Assembly (NCBI GenBank): GCA_963753715.1
Contig: CAVWDK010000010.1
Span: forward strand, 61,564-125,563
DNA length: 64,000 nt
Direction of reading: 5' to 3'
From: an uncultured Acidobacteriaceae bacterium
Lineage (GTDB): Bacteria; Acidobacteriota; Terriglobia; Terriglobales; Acidobacteriaceae
Position 1 is the stretch's first letter, and every line of letters starts with the position of its first letter. Under the pieces are notes generated by a model. That model ran no database searches and was not told the origin of the DNA. It saw nothing but the letters and a program-made list of their open reading frames with translations. The position numbers and the translations under genes were made by a program. Below are positions 39,240 through 47,777 of this stretch, one piece after another.

Positions 39240-41441
39240 ATGAGATCGAAGACTCGAAATATCTACGTCTGCTCTTTCATGTCGCTGTGCATCGTCGCCA
39301 TCTTTCAAGGGCAGACTGCGAAGGATCCTGCATATGTGAATTGGAGCGATTATGGCGGAGGCCTGGATTCGATGTCCTACTCTCCTCTGCAACAGATCAA
39401 CAAAAGCAACGTGGACCAACTGACCCAGGCCTGGTTTTTTCCTGTGCCGGGAACAAGCGCCAGATTCAGCTTTAGCCCGTTGATCGTGGACGGCAAGATG
39501 TACGTGCTCGGAAAAGGCGACGAGATTGTTTCGCTCGATGCGGTCACCGGTAAAGAGATTTGGTCTCACCCTACCCAAGGCACACCCACCGACCGAGGCA
39601 TCAACTACTGGGAAAGCAAAGATCGCTCGGATCGCCGCCTCATCTTCTCGGCCGACAGTTATCTGCAGGAAATCGACGCCCGGACTGGCGAGAGCATCAC
39701 TACTTTTGGCACGGACGGGCGGGTTAATTTGCGCGAGGGTCTGGGCCGGGATCCCAAAACCATTCCACAAATTCAAACCGGCACACCCGGGCATGTTTTC
39801 AAGAAGATGATCATCCTCGGCTCGGCGACCAGCGAGGCCTATGGTTCTCCTCCCGGCGACATTCGTGCTTTTGACGTGCTCACGGGCAAGTTGATTTGGA
39901 GCTTCCACACGATTCCGCATCCAGGCGAGTTCGGTTACGACACCTGGCCCAAGGACGCGTGGAAGTACGTGGGCGGAGTGAACACGTGGGGCGAATTCGC
40001 GATCGACGCAAAACGACGGATCGGATATTTTCCTCTGGGATCGCCTACCTATGACTACTGGGGCGGTGACCGCATCGGCAAGGGCTTGTTTGGAGATTGC
40101 CTCCTGGCGCTGGATTTGCGCACGGGCAAGCGGCTGTGGCATTTCCAGACCGTGCATCATGATTTGTGGGACTACGATCCGACGACCGCACCAAAGCTTT
40201 TGACCGTGCAGCACAATGGCAAGAAGGTCGATGTGGTTGCCCAGGCGACGAAATCAGGCTTTCTGTTTGTGTTTGACCGGGTGTCGGGAAAGCCTCTTTG
40301 GCCGATTGAAGAACGGCCTGTTCCCAAGAGCGATGCGCCGGGAGAAGAGTCGTGGCCGACGCAACCCGTTCCCACCAAGCCGCCGCCGTTCGCGCGCCAA
40401 AGCTTTTCCGCAGTGGACATCAATCCCTACGTCAGCGACGAAGATAAGGCACGCTTCCTGGAGATACTACGGAACACCAATAACCACGGCATCTTTACTC
40501 CCGGAAGCGCCAACAGCGATTCCATTCAGATCCCAGCCGACGACGGCGGCGCCAACTGGGGCAACAGCGCAGCGGATCCGAAGACGGGCGTGGTGTATTT
40601 GCGCACCGCGGATTCACCCGAGCGGAAATATAAACTGACGCAGAAACTTCCGCTGATGGTTCCCCCAGGGGCGACTCCCGAGACCCAAGGCCATGTGATC
40701 TTTTCTCAGCTATGCCAGGGATGTCATGGCCCAAACCGCTCTGGTGTGATGTCTCCCAAAGACATTGGGATCGACAAGTTCAAGAAGATTGTCACCGGCG
40801 GCGAAGGCGAGATGCCCGGCTTCTCCGACCTGCCCGCGCACTATCTGGATGCGCTGGCCGCATACATATCGAATCCATCTGCGGCTGCCCCGACGACGCC
40901 GCGAAGAGCCGGCGCCGGCGGCGGTATGGAACGGCTGCCACCGCCGCCAGGCATTACACGCTACTTTGGCAATTACGAAAACCGAATTCTCTCCAAGGAC
41001 GGTCTTCCCGCCATCAGCCCGCCATGGACCTCGCTGGTGGCCATCGATCTGAACGACGGAGAGATTCGATGGAGGGTTCCACTGGGTGTTGTGCCCGGAC
41101 TCGCAGCCAGAGGCATCAAAGACACTGGCTCGGCGAAGGTGACGCTGGCGTCAAACAGAACCGCGCCCCTGGTGACAGCCGGCGGCTTGGTTTTCGTGGC
41201 CAGCTGGGCCGACCGCACGATTCATGCCTTCGACAAAGACACTGGCAAACTGCTTTGGGAGAAGGAGCTTGCAGCAAATCCCGAAGGGCTGCCGTCAGTC
41301 TATGAAGTCGACGGCCGCCAATACATCGTCTTCTGTGCATCGGGGCATCCGCCGGAAACCGCGCTCGCCGAGGGATTCGCATGGAAAGCAGGCAAAGCCG
41401 AGGCGCAAGGCTACTACGTCTTTGCGTTACCTAAGCAGTAA
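39240..41441 (+). CDS. PQQ-dependent dehydrogenase (beta-propeller) with an embedded mono-haem cytochrome c module, exported
   Basis: After a signal peptide it has the quinoprotein motifs 'NWSDYGGGLDSMSYSPLQQIN', 'DAVTGKEIWS' and 'LLALDLRTGKRLWHFQTVHHDLWDYD'. CQGCH (40713-40727) with a downstream 'GEMPGF' lies before the last propeller blades ('AIDLNDGEIRWRVP...HAFDKDTGKLLWE'). Confidence 0.85.
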   Translation: MRSKTRNIYVCSFMSLCIVAIFQGQTAKDPAYVNWSDYGGGLDSMSYSPLQQINKSNVDQLTQAWFFPVPGTSARFSFSPLIVDGKMYVLGKGDEIVSLDAVTGKEIWSHPTQGTPTDRGINYWESKDRSDRRLIFSADSYLQEIDARTGESITTFGTDGRVNLREGLGRDPKTIPQIQTGTPGHVFKKMIILGSATSEAYGSPPGDIRAFDVLTGKLIWSFHTIPHPGEFGYDTWPKDAWKYVGGVNTWGEFAIDAKRRIGYFPLGSPTYDYWGGDRIGKGLFGDCLLALDLRTGKRLWHFQTVHHDLWDYDPTTAPKLLTVQHNGKKVDVVAQATKSGFLFVFDRVSGKPLWPIEERPVPKSDAPGEESWPTQPVPTKPPPFARQSFSAVDINPYVSDEDKARFLEILRNTNNHGIFTPGSANSDSIQIPADDGGANWGNSAADPKTGVVYLRTADSPERKYKLTQKLPLMVPPGATPETQGHVIFSQLCQGCHGPNRSGVMSPKDIGIDKFKKIVTGGEGEMPGFSDLPAHYLDALAAYISNPSAAAPTTPRRAGAGGGMERLPPPPGITRYFGNYENRILSKDGLPAISPPWTSLVAIDLNDGEIRWRVPLGVVPGLAARGIKDTGSAKVTLASNRTAPLVTAGGLVFVASWADRTIHAFDKDTGKLLWEKELAANPEGLPSVYEVDGRQYIVFCASGHPPETALAEGFAWKAGKAEAQGYYVFALPKQ

Positions 41442-41461
41442 GAAACATCGAGAGGATTGCA

Positions 41462-43261
41462 ATGCGCTGCAGAATGCAGGAATTGGCTCGTAGTCACCCA
41501 TCAACGGTGCGAGTGGGGACAAGCCTCCTCGTTCTGTTCGTCATTGTCCTCATTGGCCCCGGAATATTCGCGCAAACACAATCAAGCGATCCGAACAAGA
41601 ACCCCAGCGGAGGCGAGAAGGCAGGCCCTGGCAGCTTCACGCAGCCGTCTATGTCCGTGCGGCCCGCGGATCGAGGCAGGCTGCGCACCAGTGCGGCCAC
41701 GATATTAGGCTGGCGCCTCGGAGTACGAACGGATGCTTCCCTCACCTTCTGGGATGGCGTGCAGAAAGCCGACGCTGCCGGCCTTTCCGCAGTCGAAGGT
41801 GTGAACACGCAGAATGTCAGCGCGGACATTCCCAAACCCCTTGACTACCACCTGACTGACGACGAAGTCGCGAAGGTGAAAAACAGGCTCGATGAATTGC
41901 GCCTGCGCATGCCGGCGTACTTCCTCGCTGCGCTCCCGGGCGACGACAGCTCTCAACGCAAGGCATTCGAGTTTGCCAAGGAGCTCGGCGCGGACATGAT
42001 CATTGTTCCGGCCGATCCACCATCGTTCGCTGCACTCGACAAGCTGGCGAACGACACGGGCATGAACGTGGCCGTCGTTAGCCAAAACACAGCCGCCGCC
42101 ATGAACGCACTCGAACATCTCAGCAGCCACATTGGATTGCGTGTGCCTGTCGAGGAAGTACCGCAGGCAAAGGACCGGGTGCTTGCCGTTACCCTGCACA
42201 ACGTCGCGGATGCGTCACCCTTCCTTCTGCAATTGAGCCGTCTCCAACCGCCCGCCATTCAAGCGGATTGGCCGCCGGCACACGACGGCGGCGCCAAACG
42301 GTCGGAAGGCAAGCCTTTATTTTTCTCGCTTGATCGTAAGCAGCCCGGCCTTGCGCAAGCAGCAGCAGCTTATGATCAAGCCGTTCTTCCCGCAATTGCC
42401 TGGCGCATCGATACGCTCTCCCGCATGCAGACCATCTCCACGCCTGACAAGCTCCCTGCCGATGTCAGGAAGAAAATCGATGCGGCTATTCCCAGGGAAG
42501 CCCTGGTAAAGCCAGAGCGGCCACGCAAACTTCTGGTTCTGGATTTATGTGTCGATGGCGGTTACTATCACGCTTCCATTCCAGACGGAAACCTCGCTCT
42601 CGAACTCATCGGCAAGTACACCGGCGCCTATGTACCTACCTTCAGCAACGACCTCGACAATCTGAAATACCCGAAGATCAAAGAATACGATGCGGTCTTC
42701 CTGAACAGCGTGGAGGGCGAGCTGTTCATTGACCCGGAGGTGATCGGCGGCCTGACGCGATTCGTCTCGGAAGGAGGTGGCGTGGCCGCACTGCATGCCG
42801 CAACATTTGCCAGCGTCGATGTACCGGCATACGGAGAGCTCATCGGCGCGCAGACAGGGGCGCACAAATACAACGGAGAGATGGGCACACTGCGGATTGA
42901 CGATCCGGACAGCCCTCTCACCAAACAGTTTGAAGGCAAAGATTTCGACTACTTCGACGAGTTCTACCATTTTCTGCCCACCGGGCCATACTCGCGAGAA
43001 AAGCAACATATCCTGTTGAGCCTCGATCCGGCAAAAACTGAGCAGTCCGCCAACCGTTACACGACGCGGCCTGACAACGACTATGGGATGGTATGGATCA
43101 AAAGCTATGGCAAAGGGCGAGTCTTCACTTGCGCTTTAGGACACCGGCCGGAATTCTATGAGAATGCCAACATGATGCAGTTGCTTCTGGCGGCAACCCA
43201 GTTTGTCCTGGGCGACCTGAAAGCCGATACCACACCGAGCGCGCAGCTCACCAAGAAATGA
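41462..43261 (+). CDS. Exported fusion protein: xylose-isomerase-like TIM-barrel N-domain plus ThuA domain
   Basis: The C-terminal half has the ThuA pattern ('LLVLDLCVDGGYYHASI...YDAVFLNSVEGE...GGGVAALHAA...GKGRVFTCALGH'). The N-terminal half resembles sugar-phosphate isomerase/epimerase TIM barrels. It has a signal/anchor N-terminus and a 20-nt gap from the PQQ gene. Confidence 0.7.
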   Translation: MRCRMQELARSHPSTVRVGTSLLVLFVIVLIGPGIFAQTQSSDPNKNPSGGEKAGPGSFTQPSMSVRPADRGRLRTSAATILGWRLGVRTDASLTFWDGVQKADAAGLSAVEGVNTQNVSADIPKPLDYHLTDDEVAKVKNRLDELRLRMPAYFLAALPGDDSSQRKAFEFAKELGADMIIVPADPPSFAALDKLANDTGMNVAVVSQNTAAAMNALEHLSSHIGLRVPVEEVPQAKDRVLAVTLHNVADASPFLLQLSRLQPPAIQADWPPAHDGGAKRSEGKPLFFSLDRKQPGLAQAAAAYDQAVLPAIAWRIDTLSRMQTISTPDKLPADVRKKIDAAIPREALVKPERPRKLLVLDLCVDGGYYHASIPDGNLALELIGKYTGAYVPTFSNDLDNLKYPKIKEYDAVFLNSVEGELFIDPEVIGGLTRFVSEGGGVAALHAATFASVDVPAYGELIGAQTGAHKYNGEMGTLRIDDPDSPLTKQFEGKDFDYFDEFYHFLPTGPYSREKQHILLSLDPAKTEQSANRYTTRPDNDYGMVWIKSYGKGRVFTCALGHRPEFYENANMMQLLLAATQFVLGDLKADTTPSAQLTKK

Positions 43262-43270
43262 TGTTCAACC

Positions 43271-45469
43271 GTGATGCGTTTCCTGCTGCTACCTGCTTTT
43301 ACCGGGATGCTTCTCGCCGCTAACGTTCGGTTGGCAGCGCAGGATATCGACTCCATCGTCACCTCGGCAAGCCGCAGCTCCGCGACCATCGCCGACGGGA
43401 TCAAAGATCCTGCCGAGCGCGCCGCGTTTATCAACATCGCGAAGACCACTGACCCGCAAAAGCTGCTCGCCCTCACGCGGTCGTTTCTCGATAGCTATCC
43501 GCGGTCTGCATTCCTCGCGCCGGTGGCCGAGGGAGCAGCCCGTGCAAGCTTCGACCTTGGGCATTTGCAATCAGGCTTGGACTATGCCCGGTTCTCGCTC
43601 TCGTTGCTGCCTGAGAATCCACTGCTGTTGGTTGCGGTTGCCGATGTCCAGGCTGTTCTCCATGAGAACGAAGCAGCGATAGCCAGCGCTCGCGGTGCGC
43701 TCGATTACCTGGAACGCTTTGATCGCCCACTCAAGATTTCGGCGAAGGATTGGCCGGATACAAAGAAGCAGCAGCAGGCGACGGCGTGGTTCGTGATCGG
43801 GCGCGCACTGGTCAACGAAGCCCTTCAGGAAGCACCGAGTCTGAATCGAAAATCACTCCTGAACCAGGCAATCTCCGCGCTCAACCACGGCCGCGCTCTG
43901 GAGCCTGGCGATATGGAGATCGTCTACCTGCTCGGCGTCGCCCACGCATCAGCAAATGAATCTTCGCAGGCAGCGCTGGCGTTTGCTACGGTGTACCGGC
44001 AAAATACAGAACTCGCCGCGAAAGCGCGGGAACAATTGACGGCCATCTATCAGGCAGCCAAACCCGCAGGACAAAGCTTTGACGACTTTGCCGGCAACCT
44101 GGAGAAACAAGCAAGCCTTTCGCCGTCACCGCCAGCCGAGACTGAGGCCTCCACGACCAAACAACCCGGTTACGCGGGCTCTCAAGCTTGCAGCCGATGC
44201 CATGTCGATATTTACCGCCAATGGTCGCAGAGCGGCATGGCGAAGATGCTGCGGCCCTATTTGCCACAAAACGTGATCGGTGATTTCGAGAAGAAGAACG
44301 AGTTCTTCACCGGCGACGATATCCGCTACCGCGACGGCAAGCTGGAGATCACTCCCCATGACAATCGCGCTCTGTTTGCGCGCATGGTCATCCGCGGTGG
44401 CCGTCACTACTTCGACATCAAGGAATCAGACGGCCGGTGGCACTCCTATCCCGTCGACTACACCATCGGGTCCAAGTGGCAGCAGGCTTATGCCACCACA
44501 CTGCCCAATGGACAGATCCACGTCTTTCCCATCCAGTACAGTGCGGTGGCGAAGCAATGGCTCAACTACTGGAAGATTATCGACGCCCCAGGCAGTGAGC
44601 GTGCCAACCCGCTTAACTGGGAGAAGCTCGATGGCGCCACCAGCTACCAATTGAATTGTGCCGGGTGCCATACCAGCCAACTGCGTAATACATTGGGCGG
44701 CGGCATGGCTATGGACGATGTTGTCTTTCGCGAACCGGGAATCAACTGCGAGATGTGCCACGGGCCGGCCGGCGCCCACGTGGAGGCAATGACCACCGGC
44801 AAGTTCTATGCCAAACAGCCTTTCGATCCACCGGTCGATTTCCGCCGCCTCACCAATCGCCAATTTGTCGCCATCTGCGCGCAGTGCCACATGCAGTCCA
44901 ATGTGCACCTGGGCAACGCCCAGGGAGAGTTGAACTATTCCAGCAACGGCACGTTTTTTCTCAAGAATGCCGCGTTGCCGTTGGGCGAATTTACCCGCGG
45001 CGCCTTCTTCCGCGATGGCCGTTTTACGCAGGCTACGTTCATGGTCGAAGCACTGGAGCGTTCTCAATGCTTTCGCAAGGGCCAGGCCAGTTGCGGAACC
45101 TGCCACGATCCGCACGGACACGACGAGTCCTCCAACCTTACTTCGCTCAAATTCAAAGACCAACCCGACCGGATGTGTACCGGCTGCCACACTCAGTTTG
45201 AAGATAAAACGCAGGCTGCTGCACACTCCCATCATTTGATCGAGAGCGAGGCCAGCCGCTGTGTCTCCTGCCACATGCCCCGCATTGTGGATGGCATGCT
45301 GTTGCGCGTGCGTTCGCACCAGATCGACGATATCCCGAACGCAGAAATGACGATGCGCTTCGGCCAGCAAGACAGCCCGAACGCATGTTTGCTCTGCCAC
45401 TCGGAGAAGACTCCGGAGTGGGTTCAGGGCCAATTGCGGGCCTGGAAACACAACCCAGGGAAAGGATAG
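43271..45469 (+). CDS. Exported TPR-repeat protein fused to an octahaem c-type cytochrome domain
   Basis: It has a signal peptide, a TPR-like helical N-terminal region of about 270 aa and then eight CxxCH motifs (CSRCH, CAGCH, CEMCH, CAQCH, CGTCH, CTGCH, CVSCH, CLLCH). The gap from the ThuA gene is 9 nt. Confidence 0.8.
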   Translation: MMRFLLLPAFTGMLLAANVRLAAQDIDSIVTSASRSSATIADGIKDPAERAAFINIAKTTDPQKLLALTRSFLDSYPRSAFLAPVAEGAARASFDLGHLQSGLDYARFSLSLLPENPLLLVAVADVQAVLHENEAAIASARGALDYLERFDRPLKISAKDWPDTKKQQQATAWFVIGRALVNEALQEAPSLNRKSLLNQAISALNHGRALEPGDMEIVYLLGVAHASANESSQAALAFATVYRQNTELAAKAREQLTAIYQAAKPAGQSFDDFAGNLEKQASLSPSPPAETEASTTKQPGYAGSQACSRCHVDIYRQWSQSGMAKMLRPYLPQNVIGDFEKKNEFFTGDDIRYRDGKLEITPHDNRALFARMVIRGGRHYFDIKESDGRWHSYPVDYTIGSKWQQAYATTLPNGQIHVFPIQYSAVAKQWLNYWKIIDAPGSERANPLNWEKLDGATSYQLNCAGCHTSQLRNTLGGGMAMDDVVFREPGINCEMCHGPAGAHVEAMTTGKFYAKQPFDPPVDFRRLTNRQFVAICAQCHMQSNVHLGNAQGELNYSSNGTFFLKNAALPLGEFTRGAFFRDGRFTQATFMVEALERSQCFRKGQASCGTCHDPHGHDESSNLTSLKFKDQPDRMCTGCHTQFEDKTQAAAHSHHLIESEASRCVSCHMPRIVDGMLLRVRSHQIDDIPNAEMTMRFGQQDSPNACLLCHSEKTPEWVQGQLRAWKHNPGKG

Positions 45470-45521
45470 AAGGAGAGTCAAACGACCTGCTTCCTTGATC
45501 AGGCAACAATCGACCGGGTGC

Positions 45522-45554
45522 CCCACATCTCGCTCGTTTTTCGCGAGATGTGGG
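45522..45554 (+). terminator. Perfect 12-bp hairpin after the octahaem gene (REP-like, possible terminator)
   Basis: CCCACATCTCGC (45522-45533) and GCGAGATGTGGG (45543-45554) are exact reverse complements around the loop TCGTTTTTC. A related unit (...GAGGGGCACCC) occurs at about 7452-7500. Confidence 0.45.
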
Positions 45555-45739
45555 ATACCACAGCACTTCACGTGCAACTCTGTCGGTTGTCATTGGAAAG
45601 CGAGAGTGAGGCATCTGCTGTCCGCGCGGACTCCTGAGAGCCTGTCGAAGCGGCCACCCCAACCTGATCCACCCCGGACACCTCTCAATTGACATCACCA
45701 ATTTCGAACGCCGATAATCCATTGTTTATCAACTTAGAA

Positions 45740-47692
45740 ATGCAGGACCGGGGATTCATGTATCTACTTGCGCATGGCTCGCGAAGGAACTCGTTGCTGG
45801 TTGGTCTGCTGACCGTGTCTTCCCTCACCGCGAGCTCAGGCGCCCATGCGCAGCAGACACAGCCCACTCCTCCCATCTACGGCGGTAACCCACAGTCCCA
45901 GGAGTCGGGTTCGGCGACGGGCGGCGTGTTCGCGCCCGTACTCGACTCGGAGAAGAGGCCGATCACTGCGGGTGGCTTCGTCAAGACCGGGCCCATCGTC
46001 TTCCAGGATGTCTCAAAAAAAGGGGGCTTGACCGTCTGGCGCCACAGGATGGGAAACCCGGAGAAGAATTACATCCTGGAAACAACCGGTTCCGGCGTGG
46101 CCTTGCTGGACTACGACCACGATGGCTGGATCGATATCTACCTGGTGAACGGCTCGACCTACGAAGCAATGGATGGCAAGGCTGAGCCTCCACATGCTGC
46201 CCTCTTCCATAACAATCACGACGGCACTTTTACCAATGTTGCCGAGAAGGCTGGGGTAACCAACGGCCGCTGGGGCTACGGCGTGGCTGTGGGAGACTAT
46301 GACAACGACGGCTGGCCGGATCTGTATGTGAGCAATTTCGGCAAGAACCGTCTCTTTCACAATAACCATGATGGGACGTTCACCGACGTTGCGGAACAAG
46401 CCGGAGTGACCCTCGGCAACTGGTCGAATGGAGCCACCTTTGGTGACTATGACGGTGACGGTAAGCTGGACCTGTTTGTCCCCGGCTACGTCCATTACGA
46501 CTTGAAGAACCCTCCTCCTTCCGGAGCCGGCGACGCAGCCCATTCGTTCTGCCAATACCGCGGAGCCACCGTCATGTGCGGCCCTCGCGGCCTGCCCGGC
46601 GAGCCCGATCACCTGTTCCACAACAACGGCGATGGCACCTTCACCGACGTAAGCGAAAAAGCCGGCGTGAGTGACAAACGCCACTATTTCGGTTTCTCCT
46701 CGACTTTCGTCGACATCAATAACGACGGCAAACTTGACCTGATTGTGGCCAATGACTCGACGCCCAATTATCTCTACATCAACAAAGGCGATGGCACATT
46801 CCAGGATGCGAGCTTCTTCTCCGGCTTCGCTCTGAACCAGGAAGCTCGCGAGACTGCCTCGATGGGATTGGCCGTGGGGGATTACCTGAACAATGGCCTG
46901 GTCGATCTCTACACGACCACCTTTTCCGACGATTACAAAACCCTCTTCCGTAACGAAGGAGGAGGCAACTTCTCCGAGATCACCGAGCAGATGGGCATCG
47001 CCCAGGTGACCTATCCCTTCCTGAGCTGGGGCACCGAATTCATCGACTACGACAATGACGGATGGAAGGACATCATGTCGGTCAGCGGTCACGTCTACCC
47101 CCAGGTGGACAAGCATCACCTCGATTGGGGCATGACGTTTGCGGAGCGTCCTTTGCTGTTTCACAACCTCGACAAAGGCAAACGCTTCGAGCTGGTACCC
47201 GCGGTGGAAGGTACCGGGCTCGCCGATGTCATTCCGGGCCGTGGAGCAGCCTTCGGTGATCTGTTCAACGACGGAAAGGTCGACGTGGTCGTCAACTGCA
47301 TCGACCACACCCCGGTCCTGCTTCGTAACGTGAATGGGGATACCAACCACTGGGTAGGCCTTTCCCTGATTGGCGGACCCAAGGGACCTCGCGATGCCAT
47401 CGGAGCTGTCGTGTATCTCACTGCCGGCGGCATCCGTCAACGTGCGGATGTGATGAGCGGCGGCAGTTACGAATCCTCGAACGACCAGCGCCTTCACTTT
47501 GGGTTGGGGCAAGCGGCCAAGGTCGAGGCTGTCGAGATTCACTGGCCCAGCGGCTCCGTCGAAAAGGTTAGTTTGCCGGCGGTCGATCGATTCTTCATGA
47601 TTGAAGAAGGCAAAGGAGTTGTGCCCAGCGTCTACGATGCCATGGCGAAGAATTCGTCCCCGGCGCGGGGGGCCAGTACGAGCCCCAAATGA
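45740..47692 (+). CDS. CRTAC family protein (FG-GAP/VCBS repeats plus ASPIC/UnbV C-terminal domain), exported
   Basis: It has repeated 'D(Y/F)D(N/H)DGW.D(I/L)' calcium-binding FG-GAP motifs with 'LFHNNHDGTFT(D/N)VAE.AGV'. The C-terminal 'HWVGLSLIGGP...AIGAVVYLTAGG..Q...GGSYESSNDQRLHFGLG....VEIHWPSG' is the UnbV_ASPIC domain. The ORF is open from 45689. Confidence 0.85.
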   Translation: MQDRGFMYLLAHGSRRNSLLVGLLTVSSLTASSGAHAQQTQPTPPIYGGNPQSQESGSATGGVFAPVLDSEKRPITAGGFVKTGPIVFQDVSKKGGLTVWRHRMGNPEKNYILETTGSGVALLDYDHDGWIDIYLVNGSTYEAMDGKAEPPHAALFHNNHDGTFTNVAEKAGVTNGRWGYGVAVGDYDNDGWPDLYVSNFGKNRLFHNNHDGTFTDVAEQAGVTLGNWSNGATFGDYDGDGKLDLFVPGYVHYDLKNPPPSGAGDAAHSFCQYRGATVMCGPRGLPGEPDHLFHNNGDGTFTDVSEKAGVSDKRHYFGFSSTFVDINNDGKLDLIVANDSTPNYLYINKGDGTFQDASFFSGFALNQEARETASMGLAVGDYLNNGLVDLYTTTFSDDYKTLFRNEGGGNFSEITEQMGIAQVTYPFLSWGTEFIDYDNDGWKDIMSVSGHVYPQVDKHHLDWGMTFAERPLLFHNLDKGKRFELVPAVEGTGLADVIPGRGAAFGDLFNDGKVDVVVNCIDHTPVLLRNVNGDTNHWVGLSLIGGPKGPRDAIGAVVYLTAGGIRQRADVMSGGSYESSNDQRLHFGLGQAAKVEAVEIHWPSGSVEKVSLPAVDRFFMIEEGKGVVPSVYDAMAKNSSPARGASTSPK

Positions 47693-47777
47693 CCGCTTTG
47701 CATTCACAAACGGGCTGGATGGGTGTATACCAGTTCCCAGGCCTCCCCGCGCCTGTCATCCTCTGGAGGAATAGAGA

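Noticed and set aside
46013-47707. A very long (564-aa) antisense ORF opposite the CRTAC gene. Similar cases are 44426-45577 (383 aa), 39189-40214 (341 aa), 2596-3807 (403 aa), 860-1789 (309 aa), 47787-48713 (308 aa) and 51331-52164 (277 aa).
   Set aside because: For the first five cases (46013-47707, 44426-45577, 39189-40214, 2596-3807 and 860-1789) I checked the coordinates modulo 3. Each is in codon register with the sense gene. Antisense stops therefore arise only from sense TTA/CTA/TCA codons, which are rare in this GC-rich coding DNA. The translations are low-complexity (R/G/A/V-rich) with no motifs, whereas the sense strands carry clear family signatures.
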